Numbered from the stretch's first letter, positions 27,176 to 42,112 are shown. The stretch: DNA of 64,000 nucleotides from Octopus vulgaris (GCA_951406725.2 OX597814.1:198400001-198464000), one strand, 5' to 3'. Notes: generated by a model from the sequence alone, not told the origin. Made by a program: numbers and translations.

Positions 27176-28344
27176 CGTGGATAATTCTCCAGCACTTCTC
27201 TTCAATATATTACATGGCATTTAATGAATGATTTGCAAGTAATTATTTACCAATATTCACCGAAAAGGTTCTTTCACGGAATTGGTATTTCTAAGCATTA
27301 AATTGCACTGTAGAAATGAACACAAGTTTACAATAGTTCAAAGAGACTCTGCGGATATTTTTTTTCATTGCAATATGAAAGAAGTGTTCATTACCCAAGG
27401 GGAATATAGAAACCATTTGACCAAAAGTAGCATGGCATGAATAAAATGAAAACGTTTTCTGTAGCGCTACAAGAAATGGGAAAATTATTGGTAGAATAGA
27501 GTACAAAAAGAAGAGAAGCGATGAAAACGAATTTCCAATTGAAATCCAGAAAAATGGTGGAATTATAGAAAGTGGAATGCATTTATCGGTAAAACGTTGA
27601 AATAATAAGTGTGAAGACAGACTGCATACAAGATGGCTACGGGAAGATAGATGTGTAGATGTGTAGATATGCTATAACATTTGTACATTAACTTAACGAG
27701 ATAGTAATGTGTCGGAATTTGGCGAAGTATGAATAGGTGTATGAATGTATGTGTATGTATGTATGGATTTATGTATGAATGAATGTACATATGTGTGTAT
27801 CCATGCATTCATGTATGTAGGTATATATAGGAATGTATGTATGTATGCACTATGTATCTATATTCTATGTACACATGCATACGTACATACATACATACAT
27901 ACATACATACATACATACATACATACATACGTACATATATACATACATACATGCGTATGTACGTATGTGTGAATGCATCTTTGTGAGTGCGTGTGTCGTT
28001 GTGTATTTATGTATGTGTGTATTATTAATTTTGATTTCAAGTTTCGCGCTATCGGCTCGTTCACACACACACACACACACACGCACACACACACTTTTAT
28101 TTAAATTTAATCGTCCGTATAAACCAAGATGATCATGAAAGACTAATTCCTTCCTAAAAGTTTTTAAAACGAAATCAATAGCAAAAAAACATTTCAATGA
28201 TTTTGTTGCTAAATATTTTTCTCAGCCATTTTGCTTGTTTCTCTTAACTGAAAAAAATCTTATTAACGTTTGCTCGACCCTTGTTGTATCTTTCAACTTT
28301 GCTAATCTTTTTGGGAAATTGGAAAATGGCTTTAATATTCTAAG

Positions 28345-29335
28345 ATGGCGAGCTATCAGAATCGTTAGTCCGCCGGGCAAAATGCTTAGTGACATTTTGT
28401 CCGTCTTTACGTTCTGCGTTCAGATTCCGCTTTCGGGATCGAAAAATTAAGTACTAGTTACGCACTGGGGTCGATGTAATCGATGAACCCCACTCTCCTG
28501 AAATTAATACTTTAGCATTCTAGGATGGCGAACTGGCAGAATCGTTAGCCTGCCGGACAAAACGCTTAGCGGTATTTAGTCTGCTGTTACGTTCTGAGTT
28601 CAAATTCCGCCGAAGTCGACTTTCCCTTCATCCTTTCGGGGTCGATAAATTAAGTACCAGTTACGCACTGGGGTCGATGTAATCGACTTAATCCGTTTGT
28701 CTGTCCTTGTTTGTCCTCTCTGTGTTTATCCCCTTGTGGGTAGTAAAGAAATAGGTATTTCGTCTGCCGCTACGTTCTGAGTTCAAATTCCGCCGAGGTT
28801 GACTTTGCCTTTCATCGTTTCAGGGTCGATTAAATAAGTACCAGTTACGCACTGGGGTCGATATAATCGACTTAATCCGTTTGCCTGTCCTTGTTTGTCG
28901 TCTCTGTGTTTAGCCCCTTGTGGGTAGTAAAGAAATAGGTATTTCGTCCGTCTTTACGTTCTGAATTCAAATTCCGCCGAGGTCGACTTTTTCTTTCATC
29001 CTTTCGAAGACGATAAAATATATACTAGCTGATCCCTTGGGTCGATGTAATCGACTTATCCCCCTCCCTTGATATTACCGGCCTTGTGTCAAAATTTGAA
29101 GCCAATATTTCCACATGGTGAGGTGACGAGCTGGCTGAACCGTTAGCACGCCGGTCAAAATGCTTCGCGGCATTTCATCCGTCTTTACAATCTGAACTCA
29201 AATACGGCGGAGGACGACTTTGACTTTCATCTTTCGGCTTTGATAAAATAAGTACCAGTTGAGCACTGAGGTTGCTGTAATGGACTTCCGCCCTTCCCCA
29301 AAATTGCTGGCCTCGTGTCAAAATTTGAAACTATT
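28345..29335 (+). mobile_element. SINE B cluster including a head-to-tail trimer (~28525-29105)
   Basis: Five cores; junction GAAATAGGTATTTCG at ~28748 and ~28932. Confidence 0.88.
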
Positions 29336-29639
29336 ATTACGGTGGTGAGCTGGCTGTTGTTGTTGTTGTTGTTAAGCAACAAGAAGGGTAAGGGTGATTA
29401 GGTGATGGTCTAGGGCTTAGGGGCGGGAGACCCCAGACCTTGAAAAAAAACAAAAAAACTTTGGTCGTCTTGTAGTTGAGGGCTCTTAGTTGACGCCTGA
29501 CACCACTGGGAGGTGGCCATCGAGTCGCTGGAAATGGAGATCTCCATGTCCAAATTCTTGATTGGCGGCGAGCTGGCAGAATCGTAAGTAGGCCGAACAA
29601 AATATTTAGCGGCATTTCTTTCTGCTTTACATTTTGAAT

Positions 29640-30025
29640 GTGGAGGCGCAATGGCCCAGTGGCTAGGGCAGCGGACTCGCGGTCGTAGGATCGCGGTTTC
29701 GATTCCCAGACCGGGCGTTGTGAGTGTTTATTGAGCGAAAACACCTAAAGCTCCACGAGGCTCCGGCAGGGGATGGTGGTGATCCCTGCTGCACTCTTTC
29801 ACCACAACTTTCTGTCACCCTTACTTCCTGTATCTGTTGTACCTGTATTTCAAAGGCCCGGCCTTGTCACTCTCTGTGTCACGCTGAATATCCCCGAGAA
29901 CTACGTTAAGGGTACACGTGTCTGTGGAGTGCTCAGTCACTTACACGTTAATTTCACGAGCAGGCTGTTCCGTTGATCGGATCAACCGGACCCTCGTCGT
30001 CGTAACCGACGGAGTGCTTCCATCC
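29640..30025 (+). mobile_element. SINE family C, full length, inserted into a SINE B
   Basis: 11-bp TSD ACATTTTGAAT at 29629-29639 and 30026-30036. The host SINE B spans 29563-30100. Confidence 0.92.
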
Positions 30026-30234
30026 ACATTTTGAATTCAAATGCCGTCGAGGTTGACATTGGCTCTTATCCTTTTATAATCGATGAAATAAATACCAGTA
30101 GAACACTTTTAAATTTGTTGGTTTTGAACCAAAACTTGAGACCAATATTTTATTTTCTCGAATCTAACAGTTTTGGTATTGAAACGGAGAGTAACCACGA
30201 GGAAAAAGGTTCCATCCCACTGTGTGGCCCCTTG

Positions 30235-30575
30235 AGCATATCATTAAGACTATTCTGCAGAGACCTGAATAAGCGGAAATCCGAAGGAGTATTATCTGGT
30301 GAATATGGAGGGTGGGGTAACACATCCCAGCCGAGCTGCAACAATTTTTGTGTAGTTCCCAAAGCATCAAGTGCCAAAAATGAACTTATCTTCCATTTTA
30401 AAGGGTTACAGAATTAACGCAGGTTATAGGAACATAAATCTTCCACGAAAAGATAGTTTAAACCGTGCTCTAAATGGAGGTGTAGTCAAATCCTATTTTA
30501 TGGACTCAACCATGTTCTAAAATAAGCCGAAATGTAAGCTGCTATAAATCAGTAAGAACTTTCCGGACAACCCAA
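30235..30575 (-). mobile_element. Mariner remnant
   Basis: TA|TTGGGTTGTCCGGAAAGTT end and KLLQLGWDVLPHPPYSPDNTPSDFRLFRSLQNSLN. Confidence 0.9.
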
Positions 30576-30750
30576 TATTTATCAACCTCGAAAGGATGAA
30601 AGAGAAAGTCGACCTCTACGGTACTTAAACTCAGAATGTAATGCCGAAGGAAATACTGTTAAGCATTTTGTCCGGCGTGGTAATGGTTCTGCCAGCTCAC
30701 TACTTTAATAACAGTTTCAAATTGTTGGCACAAGATCAGAAATATTAATT

Positions 30751-31161
30751 ACTCTTTTAATTGTTTCAGTCATTTGACTGTGGCCATGCTGGAGCATCGC
30801 CTTTAGTCGAACAAATCGACCCCAAGACTAATTCCTTGTAAGCCTAGTACGTATTCTATCGGTCTGTTTTGCCGATCCGCTAAGTTATGGGACGTAAAAA
30901 CACCAGCGTCGGTTGTCAAGCGATATGGGGGGGGGGCAAACACTGACACACAAACATACACACACACTCACTCACACACACACACACATATATATACGAC
31001 GGGATTCTTTCAGTTTCCGTCTGCCAAGTCCACTCACAAGGCTTTGGTCGGCCCGAGGCTATAGTAGAAGACACTCGCCCAAGGTGCCACGCAGTGGGAC
31101 TGAAAACCTGGAATCATGTGGTTCGCAAGCAAGCTACTTACCACACAGCCACTCCTACGCC
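30751..31161 (-). mobile_element. SINE family A, full length
   Basis: Matches the family. Decayed SINE B copies flank it (30578-30700, 31175-31345). Confidence 0.9.
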
Positions 31162-31580
31162 TAGTTGGTGAGGTTTAGTCGATAACATTGACGCCAGTGC
31201 TCAACTGGTACTTATTTTATCGACCCAGAAAGAAGGAAATGCAATATCGACCCTGGTGGTATTCGAACTCAAAATGTAAAGAGCGAGAAGAAATACCACT
31301 AAACATTTCCCCCGATGAGATAATGATACTGCCAGCTCGCTACCTTCGTGATAATATCCAATATCGAAGTGTAACTTATACGTAACCAACAAATTCTTTG
31401 TTCATTTGTGCTGTTCAATAACTGATAACTTTCATGTGATGATAAATCTATTTGAGATAATGGAAGAGTAAATTTTGATAATTTATCTATTGATTTTTTC
31501 CAATACTTTTATCATCTTTCACTGATTGTGTTGCAACTAAATGATTCCACTCGGGTTAGATTTGGAATATAATCTATTAC

Positions 31581-32150
31581 AGGCAGACGTGACTGTGTGG
31601 CGAGAAGCTTGCTTCCTGACCGCATGGTTCCGGGTTCAGTCCCACCGCTTGGCACCTTGGGTAGATGTCTTCTAATATAGCCTCGGACTGACCAAAGCCT
31701 TGTGAATGGATTTTTGTAGACAGAAATGCTGCGAGCTGGCAGAAACGTTAAGCACGCCGGGCGAAATACTTAGCGGTATTTCGTCTGCCGTTACGTTCTG
31801 AGTTCAAATTCTGCCGAGGTCAACTTTGCCTTTCATCCTTTCGGGGTCGATTAAATAAATACCATTTACGCACTGAGGTCGATATAATCGACTTAATCCG
31901 TTTGTCTGTCCTTGTTTGTCTTCTCTGTGTTTAGCCCCTTGTGGGTAGTAAAGAAATAGAAATAGGTATTTCGTCTGCCGCTACGTTCTGAGTTCAAATT
32001 CCGCCGAGGTCGACTTTGCCTTTCATCCTTTCGGGATCGATTAAATAAGTACCAGTTATGCACTGGGGTCGATCTAATCGACTTAAGCTGTTTGTCTGTC
32101 CTTGATTGTCTCCTCTGTATACAGCCCCTTGTGGGCAGTAAAGAAATAAG
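31581..32150 (+). mobile_element. SINE A head followed by a SINE B dimer
   Basis: SINE A head at 31581-31725; SINE B dimer at 31731-32150 with its junction at ~31959. Confidence 0.88.
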
Positions 32151-32344
32151 AAATAAGAGAGGGGGGAGAGAAAGAGAGTGATGCGAATAAAAATACGCTT
32201 GAGCTTGATATATAAAATATAGATACGTATATATACGCATGTAAACATTTAAACTCGTGTATAAGTATATAGATATTTATATATCTACAAAATAAATTTA
32301 CAAAAAGTACAGGAGACGGAGGGGTGAGGGCACGGTATTTCAGG

Positions 32345-32482
32345 CCCGACAGCTGTTTCTGGGGTATCGGAATTACGTAATAGTTGTAATGTTGGCAGAT
32401 GGAGTGTTCAAAATGTCAAATATATGTAACCAGTAGTGGGTGCATATAAACATTACCGTAAATCCGGCTTCCGTCTTCAGGG
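32345..32482 (-). ncRNA. Hammerhead ribozyme motif (long stem II insert)
   Basis: cc-CTGAAGA-cgg...(~105 nt)...cca-GAAAC-agct-GTC-gg. Same GAAACAGCTGTC stem III as the motif at 8357. Confidence 0.68.
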
Positions 32483-33554
32483 TGCAATATCTACATATCA
32501 GCTCTCATGGAATCCCCGCGATCTTAGTCCTCGAGTTTAAGTTCAAACTATCTGAGCACTACTACGCGTTTTCTATATTGACCATCTCCCCCTCCCTCGC
32601 TCACTCTTCCTCCTCCTCTGTTCACTCTCTCTCCCCCTCCTCTGCTCACTCTCTCTCTCCCTCCTCTGCTCCCCTCCCCCCTCTCTGTATATATCCACGT
32701 GCATGTGTTTGTGTCTATATTCGTTCTCCAGTACCACTTGTAAAACCGGCATTTGTGTGTATACATCCCCGTTACTTAGCGGTTCGCTAAAACTGCCTGA
32801 CACAATTGTTAGGGTTGGCCTTCTAGTAAAAAAATTCTTCAAGCAAAGGATACATGATAAAAAGAACTGTGATTTTTTTTTGTTTTTTTTTATTTCTTCA
32901 TCTTCATTCGCGTTTCTCAAAATATCTGAACCATCCGCTATCGTAGTAATCATTATCTATTTATTTGTTTTAATTAAATAATTATATCTTTTAACAGCAT
33001 TGTTTCAATGTTTTTCAGTACGGCCTCTCCTTAATTAAAATAATTAAGAATTAGAGAAACCATCAGTAAATAAACAAAAAAAAAAACAAGAAAAAAACAA
33101 AGAAAAACACTGTTTTCTCTGTCATTTCTTTAGCAGAATCTAAAATAATGACGCTATTCTTTCCACCACATTTCCTCGTGTATTGTAAAATTACATGCTT
33201 CCCCCCTCCTCAGTGCTTAACTGTTACTTATTTTATCGACCCCGAAAGGATGAACGGTAAAGTCGACCTCAGCAGAATTTGAACTCAGATTGTGAAGACG
33301 GACGTAATGCCGCCAAGCATTTTGTCCGACGTGCTAATGACTTAGCCAGTTCGCCCCCTTATTGATGATGATGATGGTGATGATGATGATGATAATAATT
33401 GAGAAGAGCATCGTCGTTGTGAATTTTCTTTCTTTTTCCCCCTATTTTATTTTCTTTTTTCTTTTTTCCCTTTCTTTCTTTCTCTTTTCTGTCACATGAC
33501 TTTGTAAATGAACAATCTGGCGACAAAATAGATACATACAATCCTCTTAAGTAA

Positions 33555-33968
33555 GGCGGCGAGCTGGCAGAAACGTTAGCACGCCGGGCGAAGTGCTCAG
33601 CGGTATTTCGTCTGCGTTACGTTGTGAGTTCAAATTCCGCCGAGGTCGACTTTGCCTTTCATCCTTTCGGGGTCGATAAATTAAGTACCAGTTACGCACT
33701 GGGGTCGATGTAATCAACTTAATCCGTTTGTCTGTCCTTGTTTGTCCTCTCTGTGTTTAGCCCCTTGTGGGTAGTAAAGAAATAGGTATTTCGTCTGCCG
33801 CTACGTTCTGAGTTCAAATTCCGCCGAGGTCTACTTTGCCTTTCATCTTTTCGGGGTCGATTAAATAACTACCAGTTACGCACTGGGGTCGATATAATCG
33901 ACTTAATCCCTTTGTCTGTGCTTGTTGGTCCCCTCTGTGTTTAGCCCCTTGTGGGCAATAAAGAAATA
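33555..33968 (+). mobile_element. SINE B dimer
   Basis: 19-bp TSD ACAATCCTCTTAAGTAAGG at 33538-33556 and 33969-33987. Confidence 0.93.
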
Positions 33969-33989
33969 ACAATCCTCTTAAGTAAGGAA

Positions 33990-34275
33990 TAACCCAGCTA
34001 TGGAAAATGGGGAAGGTGAAGATGGTGCCAATTATCGTTGGGTCCTTGAAAACAGTATCAAGAAGAATATAAAGGAAATTGGAAAAAAGTGCTCAATGGA
34101 ACTGTTACAAAAAGTTTGCCTCCTTGACACGGACAGAATAATCAGGAAAGTATAAATAGGTGAAAAGAACAAATTGCAGGGTACCGTACGCTGCAAGCAG
34201 CAAGCTCGCTACGCATGCAAGATTTCAACCTTGAAATAAAAAGAAAAATAATATAATAATAATAATAATAATAAG
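33990..34275 (+). mobile_element. RLE LINE 3' remnant with (TAA)n tail
   Basis: LWKMGKVKMVPIIVGSLKTVS...MELLQKVCLLDTDRIIRKV*. Confidence 0.7.
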
Positions 34276-34884
34276 TTAGAAAAAATAAATGCCTTTTCGC
34301 AAAGATGTATGAAATGCCACTAAGTGATTAACTCGGTGAGGTAAAGATTCTACAAGTTCACCGCCTTAAATTCTGATGAAATATTAATGTTGTGAATTTG
34401 TGTTGTAATAATATGCTGAAAATTCCAAGAAGCTTTGCACCTTAATCCATTGTGTGAATACGATCCAACTGTATCACTAACCCAATTGTGAATATGATTA
34501 AATAATGTTCTGATATATTTGAATTTCCTCTTGATTTTTTTTCTTCATATTATTATAAAAACAATTTGAATGTTCTTCTCATGGTGGTTACTCTATATCA
34601 AAGATTCCTTCTGGAATCTAGGAACAACCTCCCATTGCATTATCGTGTTTTCCCAATATAAAGTGGAATATCCGATTTGTAATTATATTCTATATGTTTA
34701 TTCGGTTATGACTAAAATGGCTTCGAGAAGATCATTATGTAAGACATTCTACAATCGATATGAAAATATCATTGTTACTACATATGTCGTCCTACATGCA
34801 ATTTTGATTTGACGCCCGCACATTATCGAAACGATTGTAAACCATGAAATAAATGTATTACCAGAAACTCCATTCTTCACTTGT

Positions 34885-34916
<32 letters not shown>

Positions 34917-35194
34917 TGTGGGTGTGAAAAACTTCGAGAAACACAGCACATGGTGAATAAGTAAGAATTTTCCTTTTTATTATATACACGTGTATATATA
35001 TATACATATATATATATACATGTTATATGTTTTAATAATTACTGGTATCTTTATATATTTTGTATGTAAAGCATGTATATTCTTGTAATTGTCATTTTAG
35101 TAAATAAATTGACATAATATAATGTCTAAAAGTTGATGACCCATCTATTGATACCCTCCATTTTCTTATTGTTTTCACTCTCTTTCTCTCTCTC

Positions 35195-35230
<36 letters not shown>

Positions 35231-35463
35231 CACACACACATTCTCACCCCCCACACATACAAATATAACTATATATAATATTTCACGGTATATGGGGTAG
35301 ATCTACCCAGAAGGTGAAAGAAAAGGGGTATATTTACTCGGTATATTTTCCGTTACCGTATATTTATCGTTTCATTTATATTTCAGCTTCTTAAAAGTAA
35401 GACATATTTCTAAATTTCTCGAAACTTCGAACAAAATTAAAGTATACATACACAGACAAACAT

Positions 35464-36276
<813 letters not shown>

Positions 36277-36469
36277 AATCGATTTACAAGCGATCTTGAA
36301 ATCGCTAGATGTCTTCAAAATTTCTCCTGTAATTTCAAACTTGCTGAAGCACAACATGTCAGTGTTGATTTTAATGTCCTGCCAGTGTATACAGTAAGTT
36401 TCTTCGCCCTAGGTGTCGAGAAGACACTCTGCAAGAAATGGAGACAAAATTGAAAAAAGGTTACTAATG

Positions 36470-36541
36470 ATATAATAATAATAATATTAATAATAAAACA
36501 AGTGAATACACATACGTACGTACACACACACACGTACATAC

Positions 36542-36601
<60 letters not shown>

Positions 36602-36771
36602 ACATATAATAACAATACTAATAATATAACAAGTGAATACACATACGTACGTACACACACACACACATACATACGTACATACATATATATATGTATACAT
36701 ATAATAATAATAGTAATAATATAACAAGTGAATACACATACGTACATACACACACACATATATACACATAC

Positions 36772-36831
<60 letters not shown>

Positions 36832-36840
36832 ACATATATA
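36470..36840. repeat. Three tandem copies of a microsatellite-containing unit
   Basis: ACAAGTGAATACACATACGTAC occurs at ~36498, 36629 and 36724. Confidence 0.85.
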
Positions 36841-37661
36841 TTTGTGTTTAAATACATACGCACGTACATATATGCGCGCGCGTGTGTACTGCAGGGACAC
36901 TTCGGAAAATTCCTGGAAAGGCGTCTAACCATTTTTAATAATTCAGAACTTTCGTTTTTAGAAGCTACGTCCTTTAACGTTCAGAACGACAAACTATCAA
37001 ACACCCGAGGAGTAAAGAAATGGTGAGAGGGTTATATAAACGTGTCTTTGAAACAATTTGGCAGCAAACCGGGTTTGTCAAAGAAACCTTGCGAATACGT
37101 TATTATTTTTTTACTGCAAAATGATTCAAGAAATGAGAGGAGTGGAGTTATACGATGCCAAGCTATGAATTAAACAATATTACTGTTCCGTTAGAGACGA
37201 ATTTGGCAAGAGATAGACGCCATAAACTTTCCCCCTTTCATCTCAACTTTAAACAAACTGGTTAATTATTTCTATTGATTGCAAATTTATTATTTCTCAA
37301 GGGTAATGGTGAAGTGTGACCATCACTTTGAGGGCTAAAATAGATCAATAGTCTCTGGTAAAGAACTTAGTAGAGACAGGGACATAATCACACACAAACA
37401 TATATATATATATATATATATAATAACAATTTAACAAATATATATAATAACAAATTGTTATTATATGACAATGCCTCGCGTCGCTTCTTATCCTCCTAGT
37501 AAGTTTTTATTATATATATATATATGCACACATAATGATATATATATATATGTATATATATATGTACATATATATATGTGTGTTTGTGTGTGTGTGTATA
37601 TATATGCAAACATAATGATATATATATATATATATATGTGTTTGTATATATATATATATAA

Positions 37662-37700
<39 letters not shown>

Positions 37701-38235
37701 TAATGATATATATATATAAATATATACATAAATTTATGTATGTGTTTGTATATATATATGTATAAGTATGTATATATGGATATATATGTATAAGTGTGTA
37801 TATATGGATATATATGTATACACACACATATATCTTTGTTGAGACAAAATTGAAATGGGGCAAAGTTAAGGAAGTCTGATGTTGATCGGCATTCATATAC
37901 GTATTAGCAAATGTTTAATGGATGGTTAAGATAGTTGTGTTAAGGAAAAAACTGCAGTAACACAGTAAAACGTAGACCTGAAATACAGACGTGGAGTCAC
38001 TGCAACAAATCATAGAGACTATCGTCATGCCTTTGTATTTTGTTCCAATTACTATGTATGGTGAGGTCGAAACACCCCCTTTACACAATTAGCTGAGGAG
38101 CAATTGACTTGAAACCAATAAAAGAATATATATATATAGTTAATCCAAACATGAACAAAGAGAAAACACAACAACGCGAGGACGTGGAACAAGTATAGTG
38201 TTATTGGACCTTTCAGGAAAGGAAAGAAAGAAGGA

Positions 38236-38268
38236 TTTAACGTTTCGAGCAGATCTCTTCGTCAGAAA
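38236..38268 (-). ncRNA. Minimal hammerhead motif in a PLE-like terminus (38138-38340)
   Basis: ttt-CTGACGA-agagatctgctc-GAAACGTTA-aa. Confidence 0.6.
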
Positions 38269-38500
38269 CATAGAAAAAGGAAAGGTCCAAGGAAGGGAAG
38301 ACGGAGAAAGAAAATCGCCAACGATACACACGCGGTCACAAATTGAAATGACCAGAAGGGAATGGGTGAAGAAAAAGTTCTTTCAAAGACAGGAGAGTGC
38401 AAGAGAAAGATATATGTGTGGGTATGTGCGTGCGCTCAGGTGTGTGTGTGTGGTTGTGGCTGTTTATCTGTGTGTGGTTGGGCTTAGTATTTATATATAT

Positions 38501-39236
38501 ATACCCAGCTCAACTCATAGAGGATGGGATCAGACGTGCAACAGAAATCAACATAGAAACTTTAAGAAAAGTTCAACACAACAACACACCTTCCCCGAAA
38601 ATACTACCTTACATACCTAAATACAACCCCAGAAACAAAGAAGCCTTCACCATCATCACCCAGAATTTATCAATACTTCATAAAAACCCCAAATTAAAGG
38701 AAATTCTAAACATACACCAAATCATTAAAAGCTACAAACAGCCTAAATCACTTAAAAAGATTCTCACAAAGGCAAAATTGTCTTCTGAAATTACGGATGC
38801 AAAAGTAAAAAAATGTGGTAGATCGAACTGTGCAACATGTCCTAACCTGCTAGAAGGATCAGAATTCCTCTTTAAAGAGGGACAGAAATTCAAGATCAAA
38901 TCTAACTTTACTTGTGCCTCTGAAAACATAATTTATGTCATAAAATGCTCGGGCTGCCACCAAGACTACGTGAGTTCCACGGGACTATCACTCAGACGTA
39001 GATGCACACTGCATCGACAACAGATTGCATTCCCAGAATATAGAATGATACCTTTTAGTGAGCACATTGAGAAATGCGCAAAGCAACTACTACCACAATT
39101 TTTAATCTTTCCATTTTACCAATGTGCTTTCGGATCATCAACACAAATTAGACTAAACAAGGAAACATTCTTCATTGAAAAGTACAAGCCCAGACTCAAC
39201 CATCCGAACATACTGATACAGAGAAATTCACATTAA
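38501..39236 (+). mobile_element. 5'-truncated Penelope-like element: RT C-terminus plus GIY-YIG endonuclease
   Basis: Open frame YPAQLIEDGIRRA..KKCGRSNCATC..FTCASENIIYVIKCSGCHQDYVSSTG..LRRR..LHRQQI..EHIEKC..KETFFIEKYKPRLN. The 3' UTR runs to (TA)n at ~39580. Confidence 0.92.
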
Positions 39237-39576
39237 GGGAAAGGAAAAAAAAATTTTTTTAAGCGATTATCTCCCTTACACCGGAAGAAATCACCCACTA
39301 CCTTCCCTTATTTAGAACTCTCCGGAGCTTAAACACAAGGATAACTCTATTAAACATAAACATAACGTCACAAGAAATTTGAAACGCTAAATGCGAAACC
39401 GGTCTTTCTTTAAAAATTATGTCATTATAAAGGAAAAAAAAATTGTTTAAAAAATTTTCTAATATTCTTCAGACATATTGACGCAAATATATATATTTTT
39501 TAACATTTAAGCCTTTCTGTCGTTTTTTCACTCTTTACTATTTTTTATATATTCACCCACGTGCTTTCACAAACCA

Positions 39577-39626
<50 letters not shown>

Positions 39627-39713
39627 TATTAGAGACAAAACCACTATTTTGCAAAACAAACAAGGAAAGACTTAATCAATACATAAAATTTTAATAAATA
39701 GTCAAAAAAACCG

Positions 39714-39756
39714 CCACTACAATTGTTTCTTGTCTTGATCGACAATCTTCAGGTGG
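39714..39756 (-). ncRNA. Compact hammerhead ribozyme with all stems intact
   Basis: ccac-CTGAAGA-ttgtc(gatcaa)gacaa-GAAAC-aatt-GTA-gtgg. Confidence 0.85.
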
Positions 39757-39799
39757 ACTTCCAATAAGTCAGTTTCAAATTATGAATATATATATATAT

Positions 39800-39968
39800 G
39801 CACGGGAGTGGCTGAGTGGTAAGTAGCTTGCTTACCAACCACATGGTTCTGGGTTCAGTCCCACTGTGTGGCACCTTGGGCAAGTGTCTTCTACTATAGC
39901 GTCGGGCCGACCGAAGCTTTGTGAGTGGATTTGGTAGACGGAAACTGAAAGAAACCTGTCGTATGTAT
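39800..39968 (+). mobile_element. SINE family A, 5' half
   Basis: Head through GAAACTGAAAGAAACCTGTCG. Confidence 0.85.
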
Positions 39969-40419
39969 GTAGTAACAGACGTGGAGGAATTTCGATGATC
40001 CTCATGTGGTGAGTTGTAATATATATAAGAAATTAACGGTGTGCATTTTCCTTCTTTAATTTCTTATATATATATGTCTACATATTTCTCTTGTCAAAGA
40101 AAATATTTCTCCATCGTTCGCTATTTTACCATCGTTCTGGTCTAACCACCCTCCATGTTTGTTTTCGTTCGGTTTCCTTGGCCCTCCATAAATCCCGAAT
40201 TTTATTTTGGTACTTACGAGAGCAACTGTCTTCAAAGACTCATATTGTCGTTCAGTGCTCGAAATGAGGAGTAGATAGACTGCCAAAAACTGAGGAGGGG
40301 TCGTTCTTTATGTTGTTTGTCCTGTTTTCTATTTGTTTCTCTCGGTGTTTGCGTATTGAACTCACTTGTTTTCGTATTTCATGTTGTTTATTGTTGGCCC
40401 TGTATTGCATTTTTGTTCC

Positions 40420-40473
<54 letters not shown>

Positions 40474-41432
40474 CGGCGTACGTACACCCTTGTGCTCACC
40501 TTATAGTAGGCATGTATCTAAATTTTGCACGACTCTTACTCTATCTTTTAGACCCCTCATTTTCTTCCTTTTTTCTCGGTCCCCCTCTCTCACATTTCTT
40601 GGCCCTCTCTATTTTTAACTCCCATTTCCCACTCGTTTATCTTTCCTGTACCTTTCTTTTTGGTTCCGATTTTTTGTCTAATCCTTCAATCCCGCCGTCC
40701 CCTACCTATCTCTGCCCCTTCCACGTGACCGGTGTCCAGCCAGCCATGATCTGTCTTTCTTGGCCTGACTGCCGAACGCCAACACCTCTTGTGTCCTTCT
40801 CCCATCTTCCTGCCTTTAGGCTTTCACTACATACACACAAGCTCAATTTGATTCGTTCTCAGTCGAAAGACGCCTGTTGTTGTTTCTAATTGTGTACCAT
40901 GTCCTCTGTTTTTCTTGTTTGTTTGTTTTTTGTCTTTCTTGCCGTACTCATTCGCTAGCTTTCTTACAAACGGATCTAATGCTCTTAACCTAGTTTTTTG
41001 TGGGGAGGGGGAACCAGATCGAACCATCTCAGGTGTAACTACCCGAAATGGTCGTGTCTTCTGGAACTTGACTGAAAAAAGAAAGCCACGACTGAACCGT
41101 CTTTTTTTGCCTGTCCTTCTAATTGTTGTTTCTCTTGTCCGCCTTTGTATCGTCTATCTGTCCGAACGTTTTAATGCCATCTATTGCGTTTTTGTTCCAT
41201 GTATATAGTTAAGAGAAATAATCCCTATTAAGCAATTCAGCAGTGAAAGACATTAGCCATATTAAATAGAAAAATTTAAATCTACTATAATAAATATTTA
41301 AAAAAAAACTAATAAATTAAATAAATTCCCGTCAGGTAGAAATATATATATATATTAGAGAGTATAACTCCAAACTTACAGGGAAAAATTCAATTTAGTA
41401 TTAAATCAAATTTCACAATATAAATATATAAA

Positions 41433-41715
41433 ATATAAATTAGAGATAAAACCACTATTATGCAACTCAAACAGTGATAGACATAAACCAAATCATAAAT
41501 AAAAAATAAAATATATTTTTTATAAAACAAAAAAGTATAAAAATTAATAATCAATATATAATAAGTATATTACTTATATATTGATTATTAATTTTTATAC
41601 TTTTTGAGATCTAGTTATATGTTTTATAAAAATATATTTCATTTGTTATTTATGTTTTGGTTTATGTCTATCCCTGTTTGAGTTGCATAATAGTGGTTTT
41701 ATCTCTAATTTATAT
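41433..41715. repeat. Imperfect AT-rich foldback
   Basis: TTAGAGATAAAACCACTATTATGCAACTCAAACAG is inverted at ~41675-41709. The same terminus type occurs at 39629. Confidence 0.85.
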
Positions 41716-41829
41716 ATATATATAGCCGAAATTTGCTAGGACGATCCGGTTCCTGACTGAAGATTAGAGGCTTCGAATAACCCGTCCGTTCTTTGTGTCG
41801 TCTCTTTGTGTTTTTTGCGTTCTTGTCCC

Positions 41830-41940
<111 letters not shown>

Positions 41941-41944
41941 GTAT

Positions 41945-42112
41945 ATAACGGGAAGGTTTACGAAAATAAACAAAAGACGAAGGCAGGTGGAGTATAAACA
42001 AACAAATGTATTAGTATGGCGCTCAGGAATAGAAATAGAACAAGTCTTTTACGTTTCGAGCCTACGCTCTTCGACAGAAAGATACACAGAAAAAAAACAA
42101 GGAGAGAAACAA
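41945..42112 (-). mobile_element. Short PLE-like terminus with a variant HHR
   Basis: cttt-CTGTCGA-a-gagc(gtag)gctc-GAAACGTA-aaag. Same family as 60094-60272; flanked by (TA)n. Confidence 0.7.

Noticed and set aside
41745-41792. HHR-like CTGACT-gaag..cttc-GAATA..GTC
   Set aside because: The core deviates at too many positions to call.
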